A stretch of 64,000 bases of DNA from an uncultured Chloroflexia bacterium. GTDB taxonomy: Bacteria > Chloroflexota > Dehalococcoidia > UBA2979. Location of the stretch: contig CAVSIV010000006.1 in the NCBI GenBank assembly GCA_963728205.1, forward strand, positions 1,536,001 through 1,600,000, read 5' to 3'. A program made the position numbers and the translations under genes. This document shows positions 37,264 through 50,368 of this stretch, in pieces. The notes under the pieces were generated by a model. The model searched no databases. It worked only from the letters and a program-made list of their open reading frames with translations, and had not been told where the DNA came from. How positions within the stretch are numbered: position 1 is the stretch's first letter; every line of letters starts with the position of its first letter.

Positions 37264-38136
37264 GTGACCAGCACCGAGTCCCGCGCCGCCCGGCCCGCCG
37301 CCACGACGCCGACCCGCTTCCAGGCGAAGTACGAGGCGGCCGCCGCGCGTCACCGCTCGCTGCTGTGCGTCGGCCTCGACCCGGACCCGGCACAGGTGCC
37401 CGCGGGCGTCGAGCCCGGCGACTTCCTGGCGGCGGTCATCGACGCGACCGCCGACCTCGTCTGCTGCTACAAGCCGAACATCGCCTTCTTCGAGCCCGAC
37501 CTCGGCGCCGGACTCGACCGCCTGAAGCGCGTCCTCGACCACATCCCCGCCGACGTCCCGGTGCTGCTCGACGCGAAGCGCGGCGACATCGGCCACACCG
37601 CGACGTTCTACGCGAAGGCGGTGTACGAGTCGCTCGACGTCGACGCCGTGACGGTGAACGGCTACCTCGGCCGCGACGCCGTCGAGCCCTTCCTCGCGTA
37701 CGCCGACCGCACGGCGTTCCTGCTCGTGCGCACGTCGAACCCGGGTGCGCGCGACCTGCAGGACCTGCGGCTCGCGGACTCCGGGGAGACGCTGTACGAG
37801 CACATGGCCGGGCTCGCGCGCGACTGGAACGCCGACCGCGGCAACGTCGGCATGGTGGTCGGCGCGACCTACCCCGCGGAGGCGCGCCGCATTCGCGCCA
37901 TCGCGCCCGACCTGCCGATGCTCATGCCGGGCGTCGGCGCCCAGGCGGGCGACCTCGAGGCCGCCGTGCAGGCGGCCGTCGACGCGCGCGGCGCGGGCAT
38001 CCTCGTGAACGCGTCGCGCGGCGTGCTCTACGCCGGTGCGACGAGCGGCGCGGGCTCGCTCGCCGAGTGGGCCGGGGCCGCGCGGGACGCCGCCGAGCGG
38101 CTGCGAGAGGCGATCAACGCCGCGCGTGAGCGGTAG
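37264..38136 (+). CDS. pyrF: Orotidine-5'-phosphate decarboxylase
   Basis: [42 protein letters not shown]. Confidence 0.96.
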   Translation: MTSTESRAARPAATTPTRFQAKYEAAAARHRSLLCVGLDPDPAQVPAGVEPGDFLAAVIDATADLVCCYKPNIAFFEPDLGAGLDRLKRVLDHIPADVPVLLDAKRGDIGHTATFYAKAVYESLDVDAVTVNGYLGRDAVEPFLAYADRTAFLLVRTSNPGARDLQDLRLADSGETLYEHMAGLARDWNADRGNVGMVVGATYPAEARRIRAIAPDLPMLMPGVGAQAGDLEAAVQAAVDARGAGILVNASRGVLYAGATSGAGSLAEWAGAARDAAERLREAINAARER

Positions 38137-38141
38137 CGACG

Positions 38142-38408
38142 GTGCTCGACCTGCGCATGGGCGACGTCGTCCGCATGCGCCGCAAGCACCCGTGCGGCGG
38201 ATTCGACTGGGACGTCGTGCGGCTCGGCGCGGACATCGGGCTGCGCTGCCGAACCTGCGGGCGTCGCGTGCTGATGGACCAGACCACGTTCGCGCGGCGC
38301 GCGCGGGAGGTCGTGGAGCGTGGCCCCGCGGTCGACCCCGCGATCGAGCACGCGCTGTGGGGCGATCTTGCGCGGCGGCCCGCCAGGGACGACGAGCGCG
38401 CGTCGTGA
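38142..38408 (+). CDS. DUF951-family protein
   Basis: [39 protein letters not shown]. Confidence 0.9.
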   Translation: MLDLRMGDVVRMRRKHPCGGFDWDVVRLGADIGLRCRTCGRRVLMDQTTFARRAREVVERGPAVDPAIEHALWGDLARRPARDDERAS

Positions 38409-38470
38409 CCGGCGTGCCGGCGGGACGGGCCGTTGGGTGCGAGGCGCGCGCGGCCAACACGTGCGTTTCG

Positions 38471-38500
38471 TTGACTGGCCTTTTCGGCCGCTCCTACACT
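38471..38500 (+). promoter_or_regulatory. Sigma70-type promoter
   Basis: TTGACT-18 nt-TACACT, about 40 nt upstream of the DUF151 gene. Confidence 0.6.
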
Positions 38501-38541
38501 CGATTCAGGCCGGCTCCGCCGCGCCGTCTGGGGGCGCACAG

Positions 38542-39075
38542 GTGATCGAACTCATCATCGACAGCATCCGCGTGGGCCTCCGGCACTACCGTCGCGTGGT
38601 GGTGCTCAAGGAGAAGGACGCGGAGCGCTTTCTCACCATCTGGATCGGCGCCGACGTCGCGGACGCGATCGCGCTGCGCCTCCAGGACATCGCGGTACCC
38701 CGCCCGCAGACGCACGACCTCCTCTACTCGATGATTGGCGAGCTCGGCGGGACGGTGAAGTCCGTGGTCGTGAACGACCTCAAGGACGACACGTTCTTCG
38801 CGAAGGTGATGATCGAGCAGGACGGCCGCACGCTCGAAGTCGACTCGCGGCCGTCGGACGCGATCGCGCTCGCGGTGCGTGCCGAGGTGCCGATCTTCGT
38901 GGCGGACGACGTGCTCGACCGCGCCGGCATCCTGCTCGACGACGAGGCCGAAGGCGAAGGGGACGAGTTGCGCGATCGGCCAACCGCGCCCACAGCCGAG
39001 GAGCTGGAAAAGCTCGCGCCGTTCCGCGACTTCGTCGCGGGGCTCGACCTCGACGATCTCGGGAAGGGCGAATAG
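38542..39075 (+). CDS. Bifunctional nuclease family (DUF151)
   Basis: [27 protein letters not shown]. Confidence 0.92.
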   Translation: MIELIIDSIRVGLRHYRRVVVLKEKDAERFLTIWIGADVADAIALRLQDIAVPRPQTHDLLYSMIGELGGTVKSVVVNDLKDDTFFAKVMIEQDGRTLEVDSRPSDAIALAVRAEVPIFVADDVLDRAGILLDDEAEGEGDELRDRPTAPTAEELEKLAPFRDFVAGLDLDDLGKGE

Positions 39076-39147
39076 GCGCGGATCGCCCCTCGCTTCAGCT
39101 TCGGAACGCCCCGATCCCGGCCTGCGGATCGCCCCGGATCCGGTTCT

Positions 39148-39165
39148 TTGTGCAGGCCCTCACAA
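39148..39165. promoter_or_regulatory. Putative Rex operator upstream of the atp operon
   Basis: TTGTGCAGGCCCTCACAA versus Rex consensus TTGTGAAnnnnTTCACAA; rex is in the window. Confidence 0.7.
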
Positions 39166-39233
39166 GAGTTTGATCCACCGAATTGCCCGTGTTAGGCTCC
39201 CGCTGGCCTCGATGCCGGAGAGGCGGTCGGGCC

Positions 39234-39461
39234 GTGTGGAATTCACCAGCGTTTGGACTCGTTGGGATCGGAACGTACCTCGCCACCTCCATCGTGGGGC
39301 TGACGCTCGTCGGTGTGTGGCTTGACGGACGCTTCGGGACCCGGCCCGTGCTCACGCTCGTGTTCCTGGTATTGGGACTGGCGGCCGGGTTTTACGGCGC
39401 CTATACGCAGTTGCGCGAGTTGATGGATCGCACTCGCGAGGGCAACAACGAGGAGCAGTGA
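39234..39461 (+). CDS. ATP synthase accessory protein (AtpZ/AtpI, gene-1 type)
   Basis: GVWLDGRFGTRPVLTLVFLVLGLAAGF; first gene of the atp operon. Confidence 0.85.
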   Translation: MWNSPAFGLVGIGTYLATSIVGLTLVGVWLDGRFGTRPVLTLVFLVLGLAAGFYGAYTQLRELMDRTREGNNEEQ

Positions 39462-40459
39462 CGATGCGCAAGTGGGCCTTCTTGCTCGGCGCTCTCGTCT
39501 TCATCGTCGCGGGCATGCTGTTCATCGGCGGCGCGGCTCCGGTGATCGTCGTGGCGCCCGAGGAGATCGGGAAGATCGGTCCGCTCACCGTCACGAACAC
39601 GATGTTCTCGTCGTGGTGCGTGGTGATCCTGCTGGCGGCGGTCGGCTTCATCGCGGGGCGCGGCGTGAAGGTCGTGCCGACGGGCTTCGCCGGCGCGGTC
39701 GAGGCCGCGATCGTCGCGTTCTATGACATCTGCGTGCAGGTGGCCGGCGAGAAGAACGGCCGGCGCTTCTTCCCGCTGTGCGCCACGATCTTCTTCTTCA
39801 TCCTCGTCTCGAATTACACGGGTCTGCTGCCCTTCTTCAACACCATCGGCAAGACGGAGCCAGGTCACGGCGTGAACCAGCCCGTGATGCACCAGGCGTC
39901 GCTCGGCGGGCTCGACTACGCCTACGTCCCGCTGACGCCGGACACGGTCGACACGCGCTCCGGCGCGGAGCCGCTCACGCCGGAGCACGCGGGCGGTGAC
40001 TTCTCGGGCGTCGTCGCGCCGTTCTTCCGCTCGGTGATGACCGACATGAACGCGCCGCTCGCGATTGCGCTGTGGTCGGCCATCTTCGTCGAGTTCTGGG
40101 GCATCACGATGGTCGGCCCCATGTACCTCACGAAGTTCTTCAACTTCAGTCGCATCGCGCGGCTCAAGCCGATCGGCATCATCGACGTCTTCGTCGGGCT
40201 GCTCGAGTTCGTCTCGGAGCTCGCGCGCATCGTCTCGTTCACCTTCCGTCTGTTCGGCAACATCTTCGCCGGCGACGTCGTGCTGCTGATGGCGACGTTC
40301 CTGGTGCCGTTCCTGGTCGTGGACATCTTCTACGGCCTGGAGATGTTCGTCGGTCTGATCCAGGCGTTCATCTTCGCGATGCTGACGCTGGTGTTCGCGC
40401 ACTCCGCCGTGACGTTCTCGCACGGCGACCACGCAGAGGAGCACGGCGCGGCGCACTAG
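39458..40459 (+). CDS. atpB: ATP synthase Fo subunit a
   Basis: SFTFRLFGNIFAG, FVGLIQAFIFAML. Confidence 0.96.
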   Translation: MTMRKWAFLLGALVFIVAGMLFIGGAAPVIVVAPEEIGKIGPLTVTNTMFSSWCVVILLAAVGFIAGRGVKVVPTGFAGAVEAAIVAFYDICVQVAGEKNGRRFFPLCATIFFFILVSNYTGLLPFFNTIGKTEPGHGVNQPVMHQASLGGLDYAYVPLTPDTVDTRSGAEPLTPEHAGGDFSGVVAPFFRSVMTDMNAPLAIALWSAIFVEFWGITMVGPMYLTKFFNFSRIARLKPIGIIDVFVGLLEFVSELARIVSFTFRLFGNIFAGDVVLLMATFLVPFLVVDIFYGLEMFVGLIQAFIFAMLTLVFAHSAVTFSHGDHAEEHGAAH

Positions 40460-40486
40460 GCGCGTCGCGTTTTGTGAAGCAAGTGA

Positions 40487-40882
<396 letters not shown>

Positions 40883-40978
40883 ACGGCCACGACATCGACC
40901 GCCCCCGGCCGCAGGGCGCACCGCGTTGCGGTCACCTGCCACCGGGGGCGGACCGATGAGCGAAGAGCGAGGAGCAAG

Positions 40979-41590
40979 GTGATGCACCACCTGCGTCGTC
41001 CGCGTCTCGTCGCCGCAGGCACCGGCCTGCTCGTGGCGCTGGTGCCCGCCGTGGCGGGCGCCCAGGAGGGATCGTCCGGCGGGATCGCCGCGCTGGGAGT
41101 GAACCTGCCGGGCCTCGTCGCCCAGTTCGTGAACTTCCTGATCCTGCTCGTCGTGCTGCGGCTGTTCCTGTACGGCCCGATCGTGCGGATGCTCGACGAG
41201 CGGAAGCGCCGCATCGAAGAGGGTCTCCGGCGGTCGGAGGAGGCGGCCTCGATGGCTGCCTCCAGCGAGACCGAGGCCCGCGCCGCGATGGAGCAGGCGC
41301 GCGCCGAGGCACGCGACGTCGTCCAGCGCGCCCAGGAGACGGCCACGCGGCTGCGCGAGGAGCTCGAGCAGCAGGCGCGCGCCGACGCCGACAAGATCGT
41401 CTCGCAGGCGCGAGCGGACATCGACCTCGAGCGCCAGCAGGCGATCCAGCAACTGCGCACCGAGTTCGCGGCGCTCACGGTGTCGGCCGCCGAGCGGGTG
41501 ATCAACCAGTCGCTCGACCGACAGGCGCACCAGCGGCTCATCGACGAGGTGCTCGTCGAGAGCGACTTCGGCGGCGACGGCCGGAACTAG
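40979..41590 (+). CDS. atpF: ATP synthase Fo subunit b
   Basis: QFVNFLILLVVL...LDERKRRI followed by a coiled coil. Confidence 0.94.
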   Translation: MMHHLRRPRLVAAGTGLLVALVPAVAGAQEGSSGGIAALGVNLPGLVAQFVNFLILLVVLRLFLYGPIVRMLDERKRRIEEGLRRSEEAASMAASSETEARAAMEQARAEARDVVQRAQETATRLREELEQQARADADKIVSQARADIDLERQQAIQQLRTEFAALTVSAAERVINQSLDRQAHQRLIDEVLVESDFGGDGRN

Positions 41591-41624
41591 ACCGAGCGTC
41601 GACCGAGGAGACTGAGGAGCACCC

Positions 41625-42170
41625 GTGCCCGCACCCCGCGACATCGCCGGACGCCGCTACGCGCTCGCCCTGATCGCGATCGCGCGCGACGACCGGGACT
41701 TCGATGCCTGGACCGATGCGGTCGACGCGCTCGAGGGCCTGACCGCGCGCCGGTCGTACGTGGAGGCGCTGCAGTCCGACGGGATGACGGACGCGCGCTT
41801 CCAGGAGATCGTGCGGCTCGTGGCTCCCGGCATCGGGCAGAAGCAGCTCAACTTCCTCCGGCTGCTGCGCCGCAAGAGCCGGCTCGCGCTCGGCGCGTCG
41901 ATCGCGTCGTTCTTCCGCGAGCTGCTCGACACGGAGCGCGGCATCGTGCGGGCGGAGGTCACGAGCGCGGTCGCGCTCGACGACGACCAGCGCCGGCGCC
42001 TGAGCGAGAAGCTGGCGCGCGACACGGGCAAGCAGGTCGAGCTCGAAGCGCACGTCGACGCGTCGCTGATCGGCGGCATGGTCGTGCGCATCGGCGACCG
42101 CCTGATCGACGGATCCACCCGGAGCAGGCTGCGTCGCCTGCGCACCCAGCTGGAACGCGCGGCGCGCTAG
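41625..42170 (+). CDS. atpH: ATP synthase F1 subunit delta
   Basis: RRYALAL, VTSAVAL, VDASLIGG...IGDRLIDGS. Confidence 0.94.
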   Translation: MPAPRDIAGRRYALALIAIARDDRDFDAWTDAVDALEGLTARRSYVEALQSDGMTDARFQEIVRLVAPGIGQKQLNFLRLLRRKSRLALGASIASFFRELLDTERGIVRAEVTSAVALDDDQRRRLSEKLARDTGKQVELEAHVDASLIGGMVVRIGDRLIDGSTRSRLRRLRTQLERAAR

Positions 42171-42197
42171 CCCGCGCACGAGAGGCCGAGGTACCGC

Positions 42198-43731
42198 ATG
42201 GCCGTACGAGCAGAAGAGATCGCGAGCATCCTGCGCGAGCAGATCGAGCACTTCGAGTCCGGTGCCGCGGAGGCGAACGTCGGGACGGTGATCGAGGCCG
42301 GCGACGGCATCGCGCGCATCCACGGCATCGGCGGCTGCCTGACGTCCGAGCTCCTCGAGTTCGGGCGCCAGGACGCCCAGGGCCGCCCGATCCGCGGCCT
42401 CGCGCTGAACCTCGAAGAGGAGACGGTCGGCGCCATCATCCTCGGCGACTACAGCCAGGTGAAGGAAGGCGACGAGGTCCGCACCACCGGGCTGGTCGCC
42501 TCGGTGCCCGTCGGCGAGGCGCTGCTCGGCCGCGTGGTGAACGCGCTGGGCGACCCGATCGACGACAAGGGACCGATCAACGCCGCCGAGACGATGCCGG
42601 TTGAGAAGATCGCCCCCGGCGTGGTGGACCGCGCCGAGGTCAACCAGCCGATGATGACGGGCATCAAGGCCATCGACTCGATGACCGCGATCGGCCGTGG
42701 GCAGCGCGAGCTGATCATCGGCGACCGCTCGACGGGCAAGAGCGCGATCGCGATCGACGCGATCATCAACCAGAAGAACACCGGCGACGTGATTTGCGTC
42801 TACGTGGCCGTCGGCCAGAAGGACGCGAAGGTCGCGCAGACCGTGGCCGTGCTCGAGGACAACGGGGCGATGGACTACACCATCGTCGTCTCCGCCTCGG
42901 CCGCCGAGTCCGCCGCCGCCCAGTACCTCGCCCCGTACTCGGGCACCGCCATGGCCGAGTACTTCATGGCCAAGGGCAAGGACGTCCTGATCGATCTACG
43001 ACGACCTCTCGAAGCACGCGTGGGCGTACCGCGAGGTCTCGCTGCTGCTCCGGCGCCCGCCGGGTCGCGAGGCGTACCCGGGCGACGTCTTCTACCTGCA
43101 CTCGCGGCTGCTCGAGCGCTGTGCGCGCGTGAGCGAGGCGTTCGGCGGGGGCTCGATCACGGCGCTGCCGATCATCGAGACGCAGGCCGGCGACGTCTCG
43201 GCGTACATCCCGACGAACGTGATCTCGATCACGGACGGCCAGATCTTCCTCGAGCTGGACCTGTTCAACGCCGGCCAGCGGCCCGCCGTGAACCCGGGCA
43301 TCTCGGTGTCGCGGGTGGGCGGCAAGGCGCAGACGCGCGCGATGAAGAAGGTTGCCGGCTCGCTGCGCCTCGACCTCTCGCAGTACCGCGAGCTGCAGGC
43401 GTTCGCGCAGTTCGGCACCGAGGACCTCGACCCGTCGACGCGCCGCCAGCTCTTCCGCGGGCAGCGGCTGACAGAGCTGCTGAAGCAGCCGCAGTACAAC
43501 CCGCTGACGCTCGCGCAGCAGGTGTCGATCCTCTACGCCGGTGTGAACGGCCTGATGGACGACGTTCCCGTGGACAAGGTCGCCGACTTCGAGCGGGCGT
43601 TCCACGACTACATGGCGGCGAGCCAGTCGAACCTGCTGAACCAGATCAACACGACCGGCGAGCTGCCGGAAGAGGCGGAGCAGCAGCTGCGCCAGGCGAT
43701 CACCGACTTCAAGGGAACGGTCGCGTACTAG
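42198..43731 (+). CDS. atpA: ATP synthase F1 subunit alpha (1-bp frameshift near 42993)
   Basis: [23 protein letters not shown]; after the shift [41 protein letters not shown]. Confidence 0.96.
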
Positions 43732-43773
43732 GCGCGCGTCGCCGCGGCGACGGAGCCCGGAAGAGGAACGTAG

Positions 43774-46087
<2,314 letters not shown>

Positions 46088-46090
46088 CCC

Positions 46091-46531
46091 GTGCCCCTCA
46101 CGCTGTCGATCGTCACGCCCGAGCACACGGCCATGGAGCGCAGCGACGTCACGCGCATCGTCGTGCCTACGACCGAGGGGCAGATCACGATCCTGCCGCT
46201 GCACGCCGCGCTGATGGCGAGCCTCGCCATCGGCGAGATGATCGTGCACCTGCCCGAAGGCCAGGAGCCGATCGCGATCCATGGCGGCTTCATCCAGGTC
46301 GTGCACGACGAGGTGAGCGTGCTGGCCGACGCGGCCGAGCGCGTGGAGGAGATCGACGAGGCCCGTGCGGAGGCCGCGCGGGAGCGCGCGCGCGGACGGC
46401 TCGAGGGCCGCGTGCCGGTCGACGAGGGCTCGCTCGACGTGTTGCGGGCACAGCTGGCGCTGCAGCGCGCGCTGCTGCGGCTGCGCGTGAAGCACCGCGG
46501 GACGCGCTCCGGGGTGCCCTCCTCGCGGTAG
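46091..46531 (+). CDS. atpC: ATP synthase F1 subunit epsilon
   Basis: SIVTPE, GQITILPLHA, HGGFIQV, EIDEARAE. Confidence 0.95.
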   Translation: MPLTLSIVTPEHTAMERSDVTRIVVPTTEGQITILPLHAALMASLAIGEMIVHLPEGQEPIAIHGGFIQVVHDEVSVLADAAERVEEIDEARAEAARERARGRLEGRVPVDEGSLDVLRAQLALQRALLRLRVKHRGTRSGVPSSR

Positions 46532-46699
46532 GGTTCGGTTCAGCGACTCCGGGCGGGTGGCGGGCATCAGCCCGCTGATTCCGGCGCGATCGCCCCGGCC
46601 GTCGCCTCGTGGCAACGGCGCCCGGCGAGTCAACTCCTGAATTCTCGTCGCTCGCATGCTGGTTGCCCGCTGGAGACAGTGGGCTCACCGGCCTGCTCG

Positions 46700-46790
46700 C
46701 CGTCGACGATGGTCTCGAACCTGCTGACGGTCTGCACGAGCGAGCAGGCGACGACGCCGATCGTCAACGTCGGCACACTGAACCGCGAGC
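46700..46790 (+). pseudogene. 3' remnant of an SPFH/band-7 gene
   Basis: MVSNLLTVCTSEQATTPIVNVGTL resembles the SPFH C-terminus MVSNLLVVLC...PVVNxGTL that typically precedes an Arc-like gene (recalled from memory). Confidence 0.5.
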
Positions 46791-46804
46791 GGAGCGCGCG
46801 GGGC

Positions 46805-47015
46805 GTGGCCCAGCGGAAGCGGTTCCTGCTCCGTATCGATCCGGCGCTGTACGACGCGGTCGAGCGCTGGGTGGCGATGAGCTCCGCAGCGTGAATGCGC
46901 AGATCGAGTACCTGCTGGCGGACGCCGTCCGTCGCGCGGGTCGCGCGGCCCGCCGCCCCGGCCGGAGAAGGCGCCGAAGGAGCCGCCGGAGGAGCCGATG
47001 GCCACGTCGTCGTAG
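46805..47015 (+). pseudogene. Arc-like ribbon-helix-helix protein, frameshifted
   Basis: AQRKRFLLRIDPALYDAVERW, shift near 46871, then DELRSVNAQIEYLLADAV. Confidence 0.7.
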
Positions 47016-47099
47016 CCGTACTGCGTCGCTGCCCGGCTCGCGGGCTTCGCCGGCGCCTCGTATCCTCGTGCTGACCGGGGCGAGAGATCGAGGTCCACG

Positions 47100-48368
47100 C
47101 TGGGCGCACATCGACCTGAGCGCTTCCTCATACACGGCGGCCGGCCGCTGCGCGGCGAGGTCGCCGTTTCGGGATCCAAGAACGCCGCGCTGTACACGCT
47201 CGCTGCCGCGCTGCTCACGGCGGACCCGGTCACGGTGCACAACGTGCCGGACATTGCCGACATCGGCGAGATGGGCGAGCTGCTGTCCGCGCTCGGCGCG
47301 CGCTTCGAGTATGCCGAGGGCATCGCGTCGATCCACGCGCGGGAGCTGACGCGCACCGACGCGCCGGTCGACCTCGTCATGGCGTTGCGCGCGTCGTTCC
47401 TCGTGATGGGCGGACTGCTCGGGCGCACCGGCGAGGCGGCGTGCGCATCGCCCGGCGGCGACGTGATCGGCGCGCGGCCGCTCGACGTGCACCTCGAGGG
47501 CTTTCGCGCGCTCGGTGCGACCGTGGGGCGCAGCGGCGCGAACTGGACCGCGCGCGCCACGCAGCTGGTCGGCGCGCGCATCTTCCTCGACTACCCGAGC
47601 GTGCTCGGAACGGTGAACATCCTCTTCGCCGCCGCGCTGGCCTCGGGGACAACCACGATCATCAACGCCGCGGCCGAGCCCGAGGTGGAGATGGTCGCGG
47701 ACATGCTCAACGCGATGGGCGCACGCATCACGGGACACGGGTCGAGCATGGTGCACGTCGACGGCGTCGAGCGTCTGCACGGCTGCGAGTTTACGGTGAT
47801 CCCCGACCGCCTCGAGGTCGGCACGTACCTGCTTGCCGGGGCGGCCACGGGCGGCGACGTGCGCGTGACGAACGCCGTCGCCTGGCACATCGACAGCCTC
47901 ATCGCGAAGCTGCGCGAGATGGGGATGGCGCTGGACACGACGGACGGCGGGCCGGGTGTCCGCGCGGTCTGTCGCGGCCGGTTGCGGGCGGTGCAGGCGC
48001 AGGCGGTGCCCTATCCGGGCTTCCCGACCGACCTGCACGCGCCGATGGCCGCCGCGCTGACGCAGGCGGACGGCGTCTCCGTCATCCACGAGCGCGTCTA
48101 CGACAACCGCACGCTCTACGTCGGCGAGCTCCGCAAGCTGGGGGCGCGCATCACGGTCGGCGGGCAGTCGGTGATCATCGAGGGTGGCTCATCGCTCGCC
48201 GGCGCCGCCGTCCGCGCGCTCGACATCCGCGCCGGCGCGGCCTGCGTGATCGCGGGTCTCGCCGCGACCGGCGAGACCGAGGTCCACGACGTGATCCATC
48301 TCGATCGCGGCTACGCGCACCTCGAAGACCGGTTGACCGCGCTCGGGGCCGACGTCCGGCGAAGCTGA
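47100..48368 (+). CDS. murA: UDP-N-acetylglucosamine 1-carboxyvinyltransferase
   Basis: GGRPLRGEVAVSGSKNAAL, LRASFL, PGGDVIGARPLDVH, NAAAEPEV, PYPGFPTDL, DIRAG, HLDRGY; probable CTG start at 47100. Confidence 0.95.
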   Translation: MGAHRPERFLIHGGRPLRGEVAVSGSKNAALYTLAAALLTADPVTVHNVPDIADIGEMGELLSALGARFEYAEGIASIHARELTRTDAPVDLVMALRASFLVMGGLLGRTGEAACASPGGDVIGARPLDVHLEGFRALGATVGRSGANWTARATQLVGARIFLDYPSVLGTVNILFAAALASGTTTIINAAAEPEVEMVADMLNAMGARITGHGSSMVHVDGVERLHGCEFTVIPDRLEVGTYLLAGAATGGDVRVTNAVAWHIDSLIAKLREMGMALDTTDGGPGVRAVCRGRLRAVQAQAVPYPGFPTDLHAPMAAALTQADGVSVIHERVYDNRTLYVGELRKLGARITVGGQSVIIEGGSSLAGAAVRALDIRAGAACVIAGLAATGETEVHDVIHLDRGYAHLEDRLTALGADVRRS

Positions 48369-48553
48369 CGGATTCCGCCGCGGCCGGTCGACGCGATCCG
48401 GGATCCGCGACGGGATCCGCGCTCCGCGAGCCGGCGCCGCCGCGGCGCCGCTTGCACGGCGTCCCGGCCGGTCCGTCCGGTGGGAACGACCCGCGAACCG
48501 CCTGACGGAGGTCCCTCGTCGCGGCGCGGCGCGGACGCGATGATGCGGCTGCC

Positions 48554-49138
48554 ATGGCACTGCTCGCGGCATATGCCGTCGTGTTCATCGCGAACCTGGC
48601 GCCGGCGTTCATGCCGCCGTCGTGGGCGGTGCTGACGTTCTTCTACCTCGAGTTCGATCTCCCCCTGCTGCCGCTCACGCTCGGGGGCGCGCTGGCCGCG
48701 GGGCTCGGGCGCGCGGGGCTCGCGCGCGGGAGCCACCGGCTCGGACCGTGGCTGACGCGCGGACACGCCGACGACGTCGCAGCCCTGCACGACTACCTCG
48801 GGCGGCGCGACCGCGGCGTCTTCTGGGGAACGTTCCTCTATGCCATCGGCCCGCTGCCGACCAACAACCTCTTCATCGCGGGGGGCGTCGTCGGGGTGCG
48901 TCTGACGTCCATGCTCGGCGGGTTCTGGGCGGCCCGCGCCATCGCCGACACGTTCTGGGTCTGGGTGACCGCGCGGGCAGTCGGCAGGGTCCACGGCGTG
49001 TTCACCCCGTCTCAGCACGGCTGGCTCGCAATCGCGGCCCAGCTCGTCGGGCTCGCCCTTGCTCTCGCGCTGCTGCGCCTGCCGTGGCACCGCTGGCTGC
49101 TGCGGCGGATGGACGGTCGCGGTCGGCCGCCGGCCTGA
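48554..49138 (+). CDS. DedA/VTT-like membrane protein
   Basis: [24 protein letters not shown], hydrophobic helices. Confidence 0.6.
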   Translation: MALLAAYAVVFIANLAPAFMPPSWAVLTFFYLEFDLPLLPLTLGGALAAGLGRAGLARGSHRLGPWLTRGHADDVAALHDYLGRRDRGVFWGTFLYAIGPLPTNNLFIAGGVVGVRLTSMLGGFWAARAIADTFWVWVTARAVGRVHGVFTPSQHGWLAIAAQLVGLALALALLRLPWHRWLLRRMDGRGRPPA

Positions 49139-49218
49139 CTGCGTCGACCGGTGCGTCCGTCCCTACCCCCCGCTCGGCCGCTCCGCTACGCTCGCTCGGC
49201 TCCGCAGGGTCGGCGGAG

Positions 49219-49227
49219 TTATCCACA
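49219..49227 (+). promoter_or_regulatory. Consensus DnaA box upstream of mreB
   Basis: TTATCCACA, 27 nt before the ATG, in a very GC-rich background. Confidence 0.45.
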
Positions 49228-49254
49228 CCCCTCGGGCGGGCCGGCGGGAACCCC

Positions 49255-50283
49255 ATGTTCGGAAAACGCATCGGCATCGACCTCGGGACGGCGAACGTGC
49301 TCGTCTTCGAGCAGGGTCGCGGCATCGTCATCGACGAGCCCTCCGTGGTCGCGATCACCGAGCGCGACAACACCGTCGTCGCGGTCGGGCTGGAGGCGCA
49401 CGCCATGATCGGGCGCCATCCCGGGACCATCCAGGTCATCCGGCCCATGCGCGACGGTGTGATTGCGGACTACCTGATCACCGAGGCGATGCTGCGCTAT
49501 TTCATCAACCGCGTGGTGGGGCGCTTCAACCTCGTCCGGCCCGAAGTGATGATCTGCGTGCCCGTCGGCGTGACCGGCGTTGAGCAGCGCGCCGTGCGCG
49601 ATGCCGCCGAGGCCGCCGGCGCGCGCCGCCCCGCGCAGCTCATCCCCGAGCCGCTCGCCGCCGCCATCGGCGCCGAGATCCCGGTCGGCTCGCCGCGCGG
49701 CCACATGATCGTCGACATCGGCGGCGGCCGCACCGAGGCGGCGGTGATCTCGATGTTCGGCATCGTCGCCAGCGAGTCGGTGCGGATCGCGGGCGATCGG
49801 CTGGATGATGCCATCGCACAGTACGTGAAGCGTCGCCACAACCTCGTGATCGGCGAGCGGACCGCCGAGGAGGTGAAGATCGCGATCGGGTCGGCGATCC
49901 CCGACGACGAGGTCTCGGCCTCGGTTCGTGGCCGCGACCAGATCACCGGCCTGCCGCGGACGATCACGCTGCGGGCCTCCGAGGTGACGCAGGCCATCCA
50001 GGAGCACCTGGTGGTGATCGTGCAGACCGCCCGCCGCGTGCTCGAGCGAACGCCGCCGGAGCTCGCCTCCGACGTGATCGACCGCGGCATCGTCCTGACC
50101 GGCGGTGGCGCGATGCTGCGCCACCTCGACGACCTCCTGATGCACGAGACGGGCGTGCCGGTCCACGTCGCCGACGAGCCGCTGCTGTGCGTGGCTCGCG
50201 GCGCCGGCGCAGCGCTGGACTACGCCGAGGTCATCTCGCGCGCGCTGCCCACCGAAGAAGAGTCGCTGATCGCCGAGCGCTAG
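49255..50283 (+). CDS. mreB: Rod shape-determining actin homolog MreB/Mbl
   Basis: [55 protein letters not shown]. Confidence 0.95.
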   Translation: MFGKRIGIDLGTANVLVFEQGRGIVIDEPSVVAITERDNTVVAVGLEAHAMIGRHPGTIQVIRPMRDGVIADYLITEAMLRYFINRVVGRFNLVRPEVMICVPVGVTGVEQRAVRDAAEAAGARRPAQLIPEPLAAAIGAEIPVGSPRGHMIVDIGGGRTEAAVISMFGIVASESVRIAGDRLDDAIAQYVKRRHNLVIGERTAEEVKIAIGSAIPDDEVSASVRGRDQITGLPRTITLRASEVTQAIQEHLVVIVQTARRVLERTPPELASDVIDRGIVLTGGGAMLRHLDDLLMHETGVPVHVADEPLLCVARGAGAALDYAEVISRALPTEEESLIAER

Positions 50284-50368
50284 GCGACGACCGGCTCACG
50301 ACCCGCGTGCCGCCGCGCACAGGCCATGCCGCGCGAACGCCCGACTGCCGCCTCCCGGCAGAGCGAAG

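Noticed and set aside
42980-43010. Programmed frameshift or split atpA
   Set aside because: No slippery heptamer; a single extra base breaks the conserved LI(I/V)YDDL motif, like other indels in the window.
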